Assembly (NCBI RefSeq): GCF_018977255.1
Contig: NW_024704743.1
Location: 105,712,001 to 105,776,000, forward strand
DNA length: 64,000 nt
Source of the DNA: Callorhinchus milii
Lineage: Eukaryota
Direction of reading: 5' to 3'
This document shows positions 25,801 to 39,759 of the stretch, piece after piece (position 1 is the stretch's first letter; every line of letters starts with the position of its first letter). Under the pieces are notes generated by a model that was given only the letters and a program-made list of their open reading frames with translations, was not told the DNA's origin and did not search any database. The translations under genes and the position numbers were made by a program.

Positions 25801-27920
25801 AACTTCTCTGCTTTGTTTCTGAAAAAATAAAAATTGGAAATGTCTGTGGGCTATTACTACTCACAGGGACAGTAGAGCTATAAGTTCTTCACCAGAAAGT
25901 AACACTCAGGCATATTTTACTACGGATTTTAATGTCTATCTGCAGAGGGCTCTGAACACAGGCCGAAACGCAGCTTCAGATCAACGCAACAAGATTCTCC
26001 AAAGGATGACTGACAAAATGTTAAGTCGTTTTAAAAGCCTGTAGTTGTATTTTTTACATAAAATAGTAATAAGATGTACTCAAAGACAAGAGTTTGATAG
26101 CGGAAGTGCCTTGATTTTCCTCGATTGACATCCACACCTGAACTACACATGCTAAGATACAGTTTAAAGATCTCCTGCCATTCCATACTATGACAATGAA
26201 TCCACAACCACCATCAGCGTTCTTTGGGGCGGTACTTCCACTTGTCTTGGAGTATATACATTTGATATATGTAAACATAGTGCCGATGGGAAAAAANTAT
26301 GGATCAACTTCAAGTATCTAAGCCAACGGTTTGGAAAAATGCTGCCTCTGAAACATGTTTTGTTGTAAAACTTCTATTATTTTAATATCAGTTTCACGTA
26401 AATGCAACTTTTTTTAAGTTAAAATTTGTAAATGATTTTCAAACTTAATTTTAAACAATTTATCACCGGTTTTATTTTACAAAAGTGTGGGCATTTCAAT
26501 TCTTTTCAGAAAAAAATAAAGCACAATAATTATAATCGACTGTTGTTCAAGTGATGTGACTAGAACAAGATTAATACACACATTGCCCTTTTTTGAAAAA
26601 CAAATTGGGCATTAGCTACTTTTTGGTTCCCCCAACCTCATCCCTCCAAGGATAATTCTGCATTTAAGTCATCAGAAGCCTCAAAAGAAGTGATTTCTAG
26701 TATTCCCCTCATTCAGCTGTTGAACAGTGAAATCTCTCCTCAGTTCAGGTTCACCTCTGTCAAGTTGGCTGCATGTATTACCTTTTTGGAGAAGTACTGT
26801 ATTTTAGTACTGCCTTCCTTGCTCTGTTAGAAGTGCACCTCCATTTGGCTGATCCATCACAGAGCAACATTGACTCAAGTCACCACTGGGAGGGATCCCA
26901 TTTGCCTTCCAGCCACAGGAGACTGTGTGGAGTCAAGAGGGAAAAGTGATAGAGGAGGTAGGTGGGGTGCAGGTTGAAGTATACATTTCTTCTCATTTTT
27001 TTCAATCAGTGGCTTTAATCCCTTCAACACTGAACTACTTGTTGAAACTTCTCAATTTCTGAATCTCATGACACAACATCAAGCAGCTCAATATATACTT
27101 AGCACCCATCAGTTTGACAAAAAAATAAAATGGATTACTGTTACACTCTAATGAAGCAAAAATTAGCAGTGTCATTTCACAAGGTTATTGTGTGTATACA
27201 TGTGGATGTTTTGTGCAGAGTGAAAATAGTAAGAAGCCCAGACAATGACGTAAAAAAAATACATAATGTTACAAACCTCTATTAAGACTTTATATAATAA
27301 AGACTAAATAAGCGATAGAAAGTGACCGTAAGTGGACTCCACAGTATTCAGTAATGTTTAGTGAACTTTTATGACCTGCTCTAAAGAGGTTGTGAAGGTC
27401 AAAGCAAATCCTATACATGGCATGAAATATATGGTTTGACGTAAATGCTATGCAACACAGGTTACTGTGAATGCTTAGCAAAGATGGACATTTGTTATAA
27501 CCAATTAAAATTCTTGTAATTGCAAACTGTTGCTTAGTCAATGTGCTTAAAGGCTTTTTTTTAAAAAATCCACATTTCTGATTAAGAGGGTTTTCAGAAG
27601 CAGTAACTAAGCAAAGTTGCCAATTTTTTTTTCAGCTTATGTCCTTGTGAGAGCATGTTTACAACTCTTACAGATGAACATGAAACAACTAAATCTAAGC
27701 CTGTCATGAACTATTGAAGTACTGAAGTTGACCATGCTTTTCATGCTAAATGTCTTATTTCTTTGCATCTTATACATTCAGCATGTGTTTTCACTGACAC
27801 CTGGAGAAAATGATTGTCTGTAAACGTATAATGCTGATTATGTATAAGGAAACCATATGAGTCACATTTCTTAATTCAAAATATTCTCTGAATAAACTTT
27901 TTTTTNGAAACGCGATCCGG
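25801..27920 (+). other. Probable long 3' UTR of RGS20-like gene; candidate polyA signal AATAAA 27891-27896
   Basis: About 2.1 kb without recognisable TE fragments, ending at AATAAA followed by T-rich sequence. Earlier AATAAA copies also exist. Confidence 0.5.
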
Positions 27921-28277
27921 TTGCATTTTTGATTCACTCAGTGCTAAATATTGATAGGTGCTGGGATCTAGAAAGGACACAAATGCTTATCTGAGGTGCG
28001 TGCTGGCACCTTGTGGCAAACGTTGTGTTAGGAACACTGCACATTTTACCAATAACCTAAGCGTTAAGAACTACGGGTCTGCTCAAGTGGGCATCCCAGG
28101 ACACTATTTGAAAAGAGAAATATTTCTCCTGGTTTCCTGATCCTCCAGATAAAATTGGTCTGTTTACTTCATGGCAGTTTGTGGGACATTACTCTGCCCA
28201 CGTTACTAGTAATCCTTGTATTTCATATGGGGCCTTATGTTGTTGAGACATCACAACGCACTTCATAGGATTTAAAC

Positions 28278-28652
28278 ATAATAATTCTTGCATTTGATAT
28301 AGTACCTTATCAAGTCTTTGCGACGTCTCAAAGCGCTTCACAGAATATACTGTGAATTGAATTGACTTTACATTTTTTGGGTGAAACGCAGCAGCCAATT
28401 GCACACAGCAGTATCCCATAAACAGTCGTGGATTGAGTGAACCATTTATTATTTTTTTTAAAGAAATTGTTACCCCCAGAAATGCGATCCGCCAATCGAC
28501 TCACATCCGCCAATCAGGTTCCTACATACTGCAAGGTAAACAGAGTCGTGTGGAGTGAGGAAACTTGCCCAACATTTCATCCTGACGAGAATCAAACCCA
28601 GGTCTCTTGCTTATAAGGCGAGTGCTCTAACCACTGAGTCATAGGACTTCAC
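28278..28652 (-). mobile_element. SINE family A, full length
   Basis: Head, body and tail match. Confidence 0.88.
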
Positions 28653-28984
28653 AGATGTAGTGTAGTGACCGTGTATACATTACCCGTTGTGTCACTTATA
28701 AATACAACCATTACACTACAGTAACATTTTATGAATCACTCTTGAAATATTAACATAAGACATTATATCAAATGTAAGGATTATATTATATAAATTCAGA
28801 GCCATTGTCCAGAAGTCTATCCCCCTCCTCCGCCCACCCACCCCCCAAAAAATGTCTTTACTTGTAATTTGAATATAGCAACTCCAGGGATACTGGGTCC
28901 AATTATTTTATGAAGTGCTTTGGGATCTCTTACTCATGTGAAATGTAGGCTGTGGGATGTTCTACCCAGCTTCGCTCTTTCCTC

Positions 28985-30100
28985 TCCCAGCATTCCCTCG
29001 ATGAACCCCTCCAACCTGGATTTCCGTGCTGCTCACAGCTCTGGGCAGTTACAAATGACATTCTGTCCACCTGCGACCGTCTCCTCATTCTTCTCAACCG
29101 CTTTCGTTACTGTTGACCAGTCTATTCTCCACTGTCTCTCCTCTCACTCCCTCAACGGTTGTTTTTGCTTGGTTCCAATCCTACCTTTCCTACCGCCTGC
29201 ACTTCGTGGCCACCAACGACTTCTCCTCTTGCTCCCGCACAGTCACGTGTGGCATTCCTCAGGACTCCGTCCTGTCCCCTCCTCTTCAATCTATACATGC
29301 TCCCGATTGGCGATGTCATCCACAGGCATGGGGGTCAATTTCTGCATATATGCGGATGACACCCAACTCTATCTCACCGCCTCCACCCTCGACTCCAGGA
29401 CCGTTGATGTCCTGGCTAATTGTCTAACATCAAGTCATGGATGAGAGCCAACTTCCAGCTCAATGTTGGCAAGACAGAGGCCTTGGATCCTGGCAGAGCC
29501 TCCTCACCTCAGTCGCTGACACTTATCACTATTCATGACTGCACTCTTCACCTCACCAATCCAAAACCTTTGTGTCCTTTTCGACCCTCAGCTATCCTTC
29601 AAACCCCAGAATCGTGCCGTGACCCATTCTGTCTTACCACACCTCACAACATTGCCCGCCTTCACCACCGCCTCTCACCGCAGGCTTCCGAGACCTTGAT
29701 CCACGCTTTCATTACGTCCCGGCCTGACTACGCCAACTGCCTGATCACTGGACTTCCCTACTCTTCCCTCCACAAGCTGCAGATTATTCAGAACTATGCA
29801 GCTAGTGTCCTCTCCCACACCAGGCTCTGGGAACCAATCACGTCTGTTCTTACCTGGCTTCACTGGCTCCCCATTCCTCAGAGAATCGACTACAAAACCC
29901 TCGTTCTTACCTTCAAGTCCCTCCATGGTCTTGCTTCCCTATACCTCCGACCTCATAACTCCTTATTATCAGCTTGACTGCTCCCTCCGCTCGGCAGCTT
30001 ACTTCAGGTCCCCTACACTTCCTGCCCCACCATTGGCGGTTAGGCATTCAGCATCTGTGCCCCCACACTCTGGAACTCTATCCCACAATCCCTCCGGCTC
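28985..30100 (+). mobile_element. L2-clade LINE fragment in the intergenic gap
   Basis: IYADDTQLYL, LNVGKTEA, HAFITSRPDYANCL and LHWLPIPQRIDYK motifs. Confidence 0.92.
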
Positions 30101-30150
30101 AATCCGTAAAACTAAGTAAGTTATGATGGCACTGAGAAAGTTTTTAAAAC

Positions 30151-30156
30151 TTTAAT
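30151..30156 (-). terminator. Candidate TCEA1 polyA signal ATTAAA
   Basis: About 290 nt after the stop and just before the intergenic L2 fragment. Confidence 0.45.
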
Positions 30157-30441
30157 GTCAAACTACATATAAAAAGAAATTCATTCAATACATACAGATG
30201 CTGCTCGGTGAACAGAAGGTGTTTTGTTCCCATGAACTAATTTGGAGAAAACACACAGAAGAATGTTTTTAAGTAAACTATATTTGTACAAAAGAAACAA
30301 TCTGCCACAGGGATGTATTGCTCTACAAATATCCTTGTTGAAGTTTTGACTTTGTCATTTACACAACTAGTTAGAAATTAAGAGTTCATCAAGTACTCTC
30401 CTGGTCCAGCAAATTCTCTTGTGGAGTTCTTTGGGGTCATC

Positions 30442-30450
30442 TTAACAAAA
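30442..30450 (-). CDS. TCEA1: TFIIS exon 10 coding part (FC*)
   Basis: ctttcacag|TTT TGT TAA completes the conserved RWKFC terminus. Confidence 0.88.
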   Translation of the reverse strand, partial: FC

Positions 30451-30870
30451 CTGTGAAAGCAAAAATGGATAGTCATTCTACATTTCTGCTTCAAATTGCT
30501 CTCTAAAGGTTCCAAAAAGGTAAAAAAAAACACTTAATTCTAAACTACTATATACGCACCTTCTTATATAAGCAAATCATACTTCTTTACGAATTTATAT
30601 TGTAAACAAAGTAGTATTTCCCACATAAAAGGTGCACACTAGCATATACTAACTGAAATTTGAAATGGTATCATTCCACTTTACATATTAATACTTTAAG
30701 AGTCTTTTGGAAATTGCATTTACCCAATGTGAATGTCAAAAGGTAGCAAACTTTTAGCAATACGCAAACAGAAGCTGTATAGGTATTTCCCAAGAATGCT
30801 GTGAATATCGGAAATTAAGTTCCCAAATAAATCATTTTTTCTAATTAACTATTAATTCCTTACACTACTA

Positions 30871-31020
<150 letters not shown>

Positions 31021-32669
31021 CTAAAAGAGTTAACGAGAAACCAAACAGCATGATTACACATTCTCTCTTGAATAGCTATACAACGTTTTGAAAACAAGAT
31101 TCTAGGGACAAAATATCTACACTCACAATCAGAGGAAATGTAATCTTTAAACACAAATATGGGCGAAGACACTGGAATTACAAACTCTTGTAGCATAAAC
31201 CGTGTGTTAGCCTTTTATCTTTAGTAAGCTGCAGAGGGAACTTCTTTTATCCAAGCAGATCAAAATCACTGATTGTCTAGAGGAGACAATGTAAAGGCTA
31301 TAACACCTTTGAATTCTACTGCAAACCCATTTCTTTAACCAGCTGTGCTACAAACAGTGTCAAGTTATGCGTTTTGGACTCTGCCACTCACATTTAGAAT
31401 ATTGTGTGCAATATTTGGCATCCTACCTTTGAAAAGCAGCAATGCATCAGAAAGGGTTCATGTAGGAACAAATGATGATTCCTAAATCTAGGGCTCTTAA
31501 TTTTGAAGAGTTCATCAAACTGAACTCTTTTTGTGGAAAGTAAAGATTGAGAGGGAAGATAATACAGGTTTAAAATGTTGAGAGGCACAGATAAAGTGCG
31601 TACAAGTAGGTGACTTAACTTTGAATCCAAATCCAAAACTAGGATACAAGTAGTAAATAAACCTAGATATTATAATTCTCCTCTGTCCCTGCCTCCCCCG
31701 CCCCCCCCACCCGCCGAATATTTGTAACAGACTGACAGGAAAGGAACTGTGACTATGGTCATCCCACCAGCATAGATGGCTTCAATCTCAGGATATATAG
31801 ATATGATAGAAAAATATTCTTAACCACTATAGAAAGTTCTCTCTTCTCCTCTCCATCACCACCAACACAAAATGGATTTTTAGATTGTTTGGACTCTTCT
31901 GTTGGAAGGTTATGCTCTGTGTGAAGAGACTGTATAAATGCAAGTTGCTGTTCTTATTGTTCATATTCAATGGAATTTGAAGATCCTTCTACAACAAGGT
32001 CTTACCCCACTTACCAAGATTAAGGCAGTTCATCATCAGCTGTGGCACTAGTTGCAGTTTGAACATGCACAGCAAAATAGGCTCAGGACAAGTCAATGAC
32101 ATCAGACCTATAACATTCAAATAAAGGTGCCCTTTTCGATAAATGCTGCACGTTGAGATCTGATGGCACTTGGGCCTCCAATACTCCAGGATTAGAAAGT
32201 TCAAGAAATACCAAATAGTCATGTTCTGAGATCAAATGATCGAGTGATGTGCTTGCTTTCATTCCCAGGATAATTGCTGTATTCCAACCAGTGCTAGATT
32301 TGCCAACTTTAGTGAGTGAACTTGTCGGATTCTCTGCTGGTGGGTAAATTTATCAATCTATTTTCAGAAAATCCCATTTATGCACTCAGACAGCTGAGCT
32401 TTGGTAAGTTAACCGTAGAATCAGATTCTACATGCAATCACCTGACAAAATATACCGACAATCAACATATTGTCTCCTCTGTTTCTTGGTTAGTTTTTCA
32501 GAATGTCATGAGCTAACATGACACACATTCAAGATGAAGTTTTAAAGGCACTGATAATCCTGTTATATTCCATATATTCTAAAAAAGGGGGGGGAGAAAC
32601 CTTTTTCCATCTCCCCCGTTATGAAATTATCATTTTACTATTTCCTACGTGCTCATCCGAAACCTTTAC

Positions 32670-32816
32670 CTGTGTGTAGCTGCAGTTGTGCTTCTTACAT
32701 TTGCCACATTTAAACAGGTCAGTTGATGTACCCCCCGTTTTAGCCATTTGATGTTCTCGGATGGCTGCTTTTGTCAAGGCTTTTCGCATTTCTTTAAGTT
32801 CATCACTGGCCATTTC
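32670..32816 (-). CDS. TCEA1: TFIIS exon 8 ([16 protein letters not shown]...[17 protein letters not shown])
   Basis: 147 nt, AG/GT flanks, first CxxC of the zinc ribbon. Confidence 0.95.
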
Positions 32817-32912
32817 CTGAAATAAAATACAACCACACAATTTGTAGATATTGTTGAGGAGAAAGTGCACCTGGGTCTAAGATGCATTCGAAGAGCGAGA
32901 GAGCGAGCTTAC

Positions 32913-33067
32913 CTCTGCACTCATTTTTGCCAATCTCTCTGGTGCAATGTTGCCACACAGCACATTCTTTCTCAGATTTGGATTCTTTGAGTCCTTAAGG
33001 TTTGCAATCCTACTTCTCACTCGGTTTTTGTACTTCATATCTGTGTTTTTCATTTCTTGGTATACAC
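32913..33067 (-). CDS. TCEA1: TFIIS exon 7 ([51 protein letters not shown])
   Basis: 155 nt, AC acceptor, GAG|gtaag donor, domain II. Confidence 0.95.
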
Positions 33068-33974
33068 GTAGCGAGAGAAAAAGTTAAAGAAACTTATTAA
33101 ACTTAACATTACCGTGTGTTTTAATGCACACAGACAGTGCGTGCTGTTGTGGAAATGCTATTCTGAGTAATATTTTAAAAAAAAGTTTTAAACCTAAACT
33201 GATCTACTATATACTTTACAAGAAACAGCAAACATGGAAAAATTCAGGACAGCTGCACAATTATTGGAATCCAATCTTGTGAAGGGTAAGGCTAGGATGT
33301 GACAATGATCAAAGAAACTGCTTGAAGCTGGAAGGGGAAGATCATAGTGTTGGAAGAATCAAATAATAATAATAATCCTTGCATTTGATGTAGCGCTTTT
33401 CATGTCTTCTAGACGCCTCAAAGCGTTTCACAGAATATACTGTAAAGTGAATTGACGATATACGTGGGCGAAACGCTGCAGCCAATTGCGCACAGCAGTG
33501 TCCCACAAACAGTTGTGGATTGAAATTTTTTTTTTTTTTTTTTTGAGGTATTATTATTAGGCGTGTGGAGTAAAGAAATTTGCCCAAGATTTCACCCTGC
33601 CTGGAATTGAACCCAGATCTCTTGCTTGTAAAGCAAGTGCTCTAACCACTAAGCTACAGGACTCCAAATGGGCTGAATGACCTTCACCATCTAAAGCTTA
33701 CTCCTTCCCAATTCCCACCCATTATGTTCTCGGGTTCTTTCAGTGCTGTCTCAGTTTTGTGATCTCCTATGTCACAATGTTTACTGCCCAATTTTCGCCT
33801 AGAAAAGCAATTACTGTACTTTACAGAGACGTATTAACTTTACTTTGAGACATATTAAGCAATATATTAATGTGCTGTATCAAATCCAAGGAATATTTTC
33901 ACTCTGAAATACCCTCAAATTGTCACTGGACTAAAATAAAGTATAACATCATATTCATTTTTTGAGAAGGATAT
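33068..33974 (-). other. U12-type AT-AC intron (TCEA1 intron 6)
   Basis: 5' ATATCCTT, branch site TTCTTTAAC (33091-33083), 3' terminal CTAC. Splicing here restores the frame QIEE-S-VYQE. Confidence 0.93.
33362..33666 (-). mobile_element. SINE family A deletion subfamily inside the U12 intron
   Basis: Head and tail match, central segment missing. Confidence 0.88.
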
Positions 33975-34031
33975 TTTCCTCAATCTGAGCTCCAAGCTCA
34001 TCGCAGTCTGAGCCAATGGCATTGTAGTCTC
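33975..34031 (-). CDS. TCEA1: TFIIS exon 6 (GDYNAIGSDCDELGAQIEE)
   Basis: 57 nt, pyrimidine tract + CAG acceptor, followed by U12-type donor ATATCCTT. Confidence 0.92.
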
Positions 34032-34089
34032 CTGGATAGAAGAGGGAAAAAAANCGTGTGAGAATCTTGACAATGTTGACAAAAAAACA

Positions 34090-34740
34090 ACTTATATTCA
34101 TAGAAATTTACAACACAGAAGGAGACCATTCAGTTGATCCAAGTCTGCAACTTCTCTCAGAGCACGGTGATCATTCAATCCCACTGCTCTGCCTTATCTA
34201 CTTCCCTTTTGAAATCCCAATGGTCTCTGACACCTTACTTGGCAGGACATTCCACATCCCAACAATTTTCTAAGTGAAAAATACCTAGATTGTATTGTAA
34301 GAGGACAAAGAAGTCTCTATAAATAAATTTTATTTCAATAAGCATAGCTCACTAGGCCAGAGGAGATCGAGAGCAGACCTGATAGAGGTGCTCACAATTA
34401 TGAGGGGCTGTGCTGAAGTAAATAAGAAGGAAACAATTTTCACTGAACTGTGAATGGGTAAGTATAGGTTAAATTTAAGTTTACCAGAAAAAACAAAGGG
34501 AGAGATTAAGAGAAACATATATGCTTTTACATACACGCAGAGGGTAATTAGGACCTCGAATACCCTACCAAAAACAGTGGTTGAAACCAAATGCATAATA
34601 GCTTTTAAAAGGGAATTAGTCAAATATGTGAAAAAAGAAATACGTATGGTATGGTGGAAGAAGGAAAATCAAGGGATAATGGGCTGAACAAGCTTCCTCT
34701 GAATAAGAATGATGATTATGAATGTTACTATGATTCTACG
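34090..34740. mobile_element. Two degenerate CR1 3' fragments back to back (- ~34090-34290; + ~34340-34740)
   Basis: CR1 3' UTR and ORF2-end similarity (TQRVIRT.N.LP..VVE). Confidence 0.7.
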
Positions 34741-35936
34741 TGGTTTTAAGAACAAAATAGTTAATTTTTTTGTACAAATGTCTTCACAAATTGGTGGGGT
34801 CCAGAAATACAGGCAGGTAGCCATCAGACAGTAACCCAACAAAAATATTTTGTTCTGATGCTGCAATAAATCACTTGAATGCAGATTTACGTTGACAATT
34901 TCTTCAAAAGTCACTGTGCATGAGAGTGGGAAGAGACAGACGGCAATGCTGGAATTTTACAGGGCAGTTCTAATCTTCAGCTAAACCACTGAGTTGGCAC
35001 TGAGTGGACCAGATGCTTCAAGCCAAAGGTGAGGAAAATGGGATATTTTGTGAAATACAAGCAAATAACATTCATGCCTGTATATAATGACTACATCAAG
35101 AGTACTGACAGAGGCCTGGAAGCAGGCTGCTTGACTCCTTAACCTGAGAGCATGTGAAATAAAAATATTTAGGAAGATAATTAAGAATAAAGTAAAAAAA
35201 TGTAGCAAAGAAAAACAAAAGTTTCTAAGTAAAAACTGAATGCAGCTTCAATTAAATACAACTTGTGAGTGTCTTTTCTTTAGTTGCTCAACTAGTTCCA
35301 GTCTCAACTACAATTTATGGCTATGGACACCCTGAAGCCTGAAAATCCACCTAGGACTAAGCTTGTCAGACTATTTTATCTTCAAATGGAAGCATTAAAA
35401 TTGTGGAAAATTCACAATTTCAGTATTGATTTGTAAATTCTTTTCTGCAATTGTTAAAAAGACTTGACTCCCAGATTAAGACTGAATAAAAAAAACACAA
35501 TTCTGTATTATCTTACGTTTTAAAGACTTATTTTTTTAAAAAAGTGGGTTAAGACTAGGTGGGAATTGTATAGACAAGAACAAATTCCTGATGAAATAAA
35601 GAATTTGTGGAGAAAAAATTGCACTGATCTGAAGAACACCCAATTGTTTTCAGAAATATGGTAGGACCCTGGTAAAGATCTCAGGAAGGTCATTTTCAAA
35701 AGAGAACAAAAGCCCAATTAAAAAATACAAGCAAGTCTTCATCAAAAATCTATTACATAGCTTTAAACTGTTGAGGTATCATTAATGTTCACAGATGTGA
35801 ACACAAAAATCCTGGTATTCAGCACTGTACAAAAATCAGAAATTAATTTTGAAGAATAAAAAAGTATTTTGTTAGAAAATGAATTTCAATGAATGTGCCT
35901 GCATATCCTTGTTAAGCTTGTATGAATGAGACTTAC

Positions 35937-36082
35937 CATCTGTTTTTAGGGCAGCAGATAGCAGTTCTCTGCATTTGATCCGCACAGAATCGGTGGTGAA
36001 AGGAGCCTGAGGATAACTTTTTAGTTGAAAAGGAGATGAAGTACACGAGGTTTCATAGGCGTAAGTGGAATTGCTGCCTGAA
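35937..36082 (-). CDS. TCEA1: TFIIS exon 5 (SGSNSTYAYETSC...PQAPFTTDSVRIKCRELLSAALKTD)
   Basis: 146 nt, ttgtag acceptor, G|gtaagt donor, start of domain II. Confidence 0.92.
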
Positions 36083-36784
36083 CTACAAGCAAGGAGAAAT
36101 CAAAACTCAGGATTTTGTTGGGACTAAACACATTCAGCTCACAAAATCATCATGATTCTCCAAAACTACATCTACACCACAGAGTGCTATTAAACCAGTG
36201 TTTCTCAACCTTTTTAATATCAGGGATTGGCTCAGTTCCTTCTTAGAATAAGGCAGACCATCACTAAATGAGCCCTTTAGGTCACTCAATCTAAAGAGAT
36301 CCCTGTTATAGACCAGGCATAAGGTTATCATGAACCGACTTAACATCTTCAGACCAGCAAATGAGAAATACCATTGTAAACAAACAAGTGTGCCATTGTA
36401 ACAAAATGCTATCAAGCACAAGCTATAAAGCAATAAAGGGAAAACCAGAAAATCTATACAAATAAAGATGAAATGTCTGTGTGTATGTCAGTGTATCATG
36501 TAATAACCGATTGATGTAGAGTCATGATTTATACCTCATCGGAAAGGTCTTTCATCTGGCAGTGTTATGGGTACAATTTTTTGGGGGGGATCTCCTATCG
36601 TTAATGAGCTATATTAAAAAAATGCTTTAATTAAGCCACAAAATATCAGGTAAGAATCATATTCTGCAACTATGTAGCAACAGAGGAAAGCACACACAGT
36701 TCAGAGATACTATATTCTGCAACAAATGTATTGCACTTTTTTCTGGTTGTCATGGGAGCTAGAATCCTCCCATGTGGGACTGAC

Positions 36785-36942
36785 AGATAGTGAGACTGAG
36801 ATAGTGAAAGAGAGACAGAGAGACTAAGAGAGGGAGACAGAGAGAGCGATACTGTGAGAGAATATATTATAAACTATAGTGACTGTGTGTTTTGTGGGAG
36901 AGAGAGAAAAACAGAGAGAAAAAGACTGTGAGAGAGAGAGAC

Positions 36943-36975
<33 letters not shown>

Positions 36976-37035
36976 CAAAGACTAGGAGAGAGACTGGGTG
37001 AGAGAGACTGGGAGAGAGAGACTGTGAGAGAAAAC
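36785..37035. repeat. Degenerate (GA)n microsatellite
   Basis: Direct reading. Confidence 0.9.
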
Positions 37036-37589
37036 ATATTAAAAGAGTCCTCCCACAGGAGTCCTCTCAGCTGAGTATAGATGAAGACGAAATGTCTGTC
37101 TCTGTGTCAATCTACATTCCATATTGGATCCTTTGGTTGCAAGCAAAGCTGCAACGGATACACCTAGTCTCAAATAAAAGCAGAAAATGCCAGAATCCAC
37201 AGCAGGTTAATCAGCATCTGAAAGGGAAAGCTAATTTTATACTTTGGGTGAAACTCTTCAACAGAGTGCGGAAGGCAACAATGCTACCAACTGAGCCAAG
37301 ATGTTACTGCAGCAACTGACAATCAATCTCATATCAGTACCCAAACTAAGCAACATATTAACACTAACCCAGTTGGTGACACCAAACTCCTCCTTCACCT
37401 TATTTCTCACATTCCTATGTGTTAGTTTCCCAGGGGAATCTTATAAACTTTTATTTCTGGACAACTCCATGCAGAGCAACAAGAAGCTGAGGAAACCCTT
37501 TCAAACGTTCCTGCTCAACAAAATGAGCGATTACGGCATCTTACAGAGGCTGATGGGAAATGGGATTTGTCATTTTTAAACAAAACTAG

Positions 37590-38515
37590 CTTTTATATAG
37601 CGCTACTCACGCAGGGTAGCGTCCCAGCTTGACAGTGACAAGAGCACGTCGACGATCCGGGGGGAGAGGGAGGTGACCGTAGACACGGTCAAATGGTGCG
37701 ACGTGAAGATGGGGAAGGAAGGGGCAACGCGGCAGGATAGAGGAAGAGTGTTCCAGAGTTTCAGGCATTGTGGCTGAAAGCACGGCGAGCAATTGTGGAA
37801 AGGAGGGCATGAGGGACATGCAAGAAGCCAGAAACAGTTGAGTGGAGGCAGCGGGTAGTGGGTTGTGAGGTAAGCAGGTTAGAGAGGTAGGGAGGTGCAA
37901 GGGCATGAAGGGATTTGAAAATGAGTGAGCTCTTAAAATCGTTCCTTTCAGCGATAGAGCCAGTGCAGCCTGGCTAGAACTGGTGTGATGGGGGTACGGA
38001 GTTTAGTGTGGGTGAGTATGCGGGCGGCGGAGTTTTGGATCATCTGTGAAGCTGGGAGATCGGCAGAGAGGGCATTTGAGAAGTCCGGTCGGGAGGTGAC
38101 AAACATAGATGAGTGTTTCGCCTGCATTTCGGGTAAGATATGGTCGGAGGTGGGCAATGTGGCAGAGGTGGAGGAAGGCAGTCCTGGTCAGGGACCGGAT
38201 GTGGGGAAGCTGTGGGTCGAACCTGAAGCCTCGGTTGCGCACTAGTTTGATAATTATGAGGGATGGGCCTGGGAAGTTGAAGAGGTCAGAGGCCCAGGAT
38301 AGAAGACTTTGAAGGGAGCCAATGAGTATGGCTTCTGTCTTGTCAACATTGAGGAAGTTTTTGCTCATCCAGGCCCTGATGTCTGCCAGATAGGAAGGGA
38401 GAACATCGGCGGACCTGGAGTTGTAGCTGGAGAAGTAGATTTATGTGTCATCTACATGAAGTTTACTCCATGCCTGCGGATGTCAGCACCAAAAGGGAGC
38501 ATATAGATAAGGAAG
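37590..38515 (-). mobile_element. L2-clade LINE 3' fragment
   Basis: NVDKTEAILIG, FVTSRPDFSNAL and ITPVLARLHWL motifs, L2-type tail. Confidence 0.9.
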
Positions 38516-39086
38516 CTCCATATGTAAGCTACAAATCTGTACCAATTTAAGAGATTTGAAATCCAATCTTAATTAAATATAGGGGTGTCTGCTTTTTGTC
38601 TCCCCTTATCCCCCCTCCCCTAACCAAGATACACAGTTACCAATTATGAATGTCCTACTCTGTAAAAAAAATCAGAAACAAGGATTACAGTTGTGAGTGA
38701 AAAATAATGACAAAAAAAATCAAAGTCTTGCTGTCTGTGGTTGAAAGGTACATTACTTATACTGCCAGGCCACCCAGGATGTGTTTTTCATCTTTTCATG
38801 CGTAAATGAGGCTCATTCTGAGCTCAGACAGTGGGATCTAAACATCCCACAGCGACTGTTGATGTTGCATCTAACAACTGAAGGCACATTTTGCAGCAAA
38901 AGGCAGGTTTTTGTGATGCTGCCAAGAGATTGTCTGCTTCCCAAGTTACTCCATGTAGGATGTCTGGCAATGATTTGGTGAATGTGAGTATTTAAAAATT
39001 CAATGGTACCCTGATTCCCTATGAGAGAATTACCCAAACCACCTCCTTTTGATGTTTTCTCAGCTGAATCGTAAGAAGCTCCTCAC

Positions 39087-39174
39087 CTTTCTTCTTTTGC
39101 TTCTGGACTGTTTTGTGTCAAGGAAACTGAATCTCTTTTTCTCTCTTCTGAGGATTTCTCAGCTGCTGGACCAT
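39087..39174 (-). CDS. TCEA1: TFIIS exon 4 (DGPAAEKSSEERKRDSVSLTQNSPEAKEES)
   Basis: 88 nt, AG/GT flanks. DGP...QNSPEAxEES favours TCEA1 over TCEA2/3. Confidence 0.9.
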
Positions 39175-39759
39175 CTGTGAAAATGAAGGTACAAAACATT
39201 TGCTCTTGAACAGATTTATGAGAAATCATTTACCATTAACGTTTTATAACACAAAAGTGACCAAATTCCAAACAATACCTTCAACATACATGGCTTAACA
39301 ACAACTGGAATTTACATAGCACTCAACATGTAGAGTAATGTCTTGGAATGCTTTATAAAGATGGTGACAGTCACCAAGCAGGGGGACTGAGGGAGGTGAC
39401 CACAAGCCTGGTCAAAGTCAGCTTTTCAAGATAGAGATTGGTCAAGACAGAAGAGTTGAGGGAGAAAGTTCCAAAGGGTGAGGGTATAGTGACTGAAGGC
39501 TTGGCCACTGACAGTGGGGCATAGAGGGTGGGAGAAATGTAGAGTTAGCTTGCGTTTCCCAAGTGAATGAGCAAGCAGAAGAGTGAAGCTAAACCTTGGG
39601 AAGGCCGGGGCCAATTTACCCTCCCCACACAGGTCTGGCTGGTCGAAGGGGGCTTTGAAGATAGAAAAGTGGCAAGATGATAACAGTCTCATTCATACAA
39701 CCTTAACAGAGGGGGAAAAAAAAGCAGGATCATTCATTGAACATAACAAAGGGTCTTCA

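Noticed and set aside
35903..35910. ATATCCTT on + (also near 54221) as further U12 donors
   Set aside because: Antisense to TCEA1, with no associated exon.
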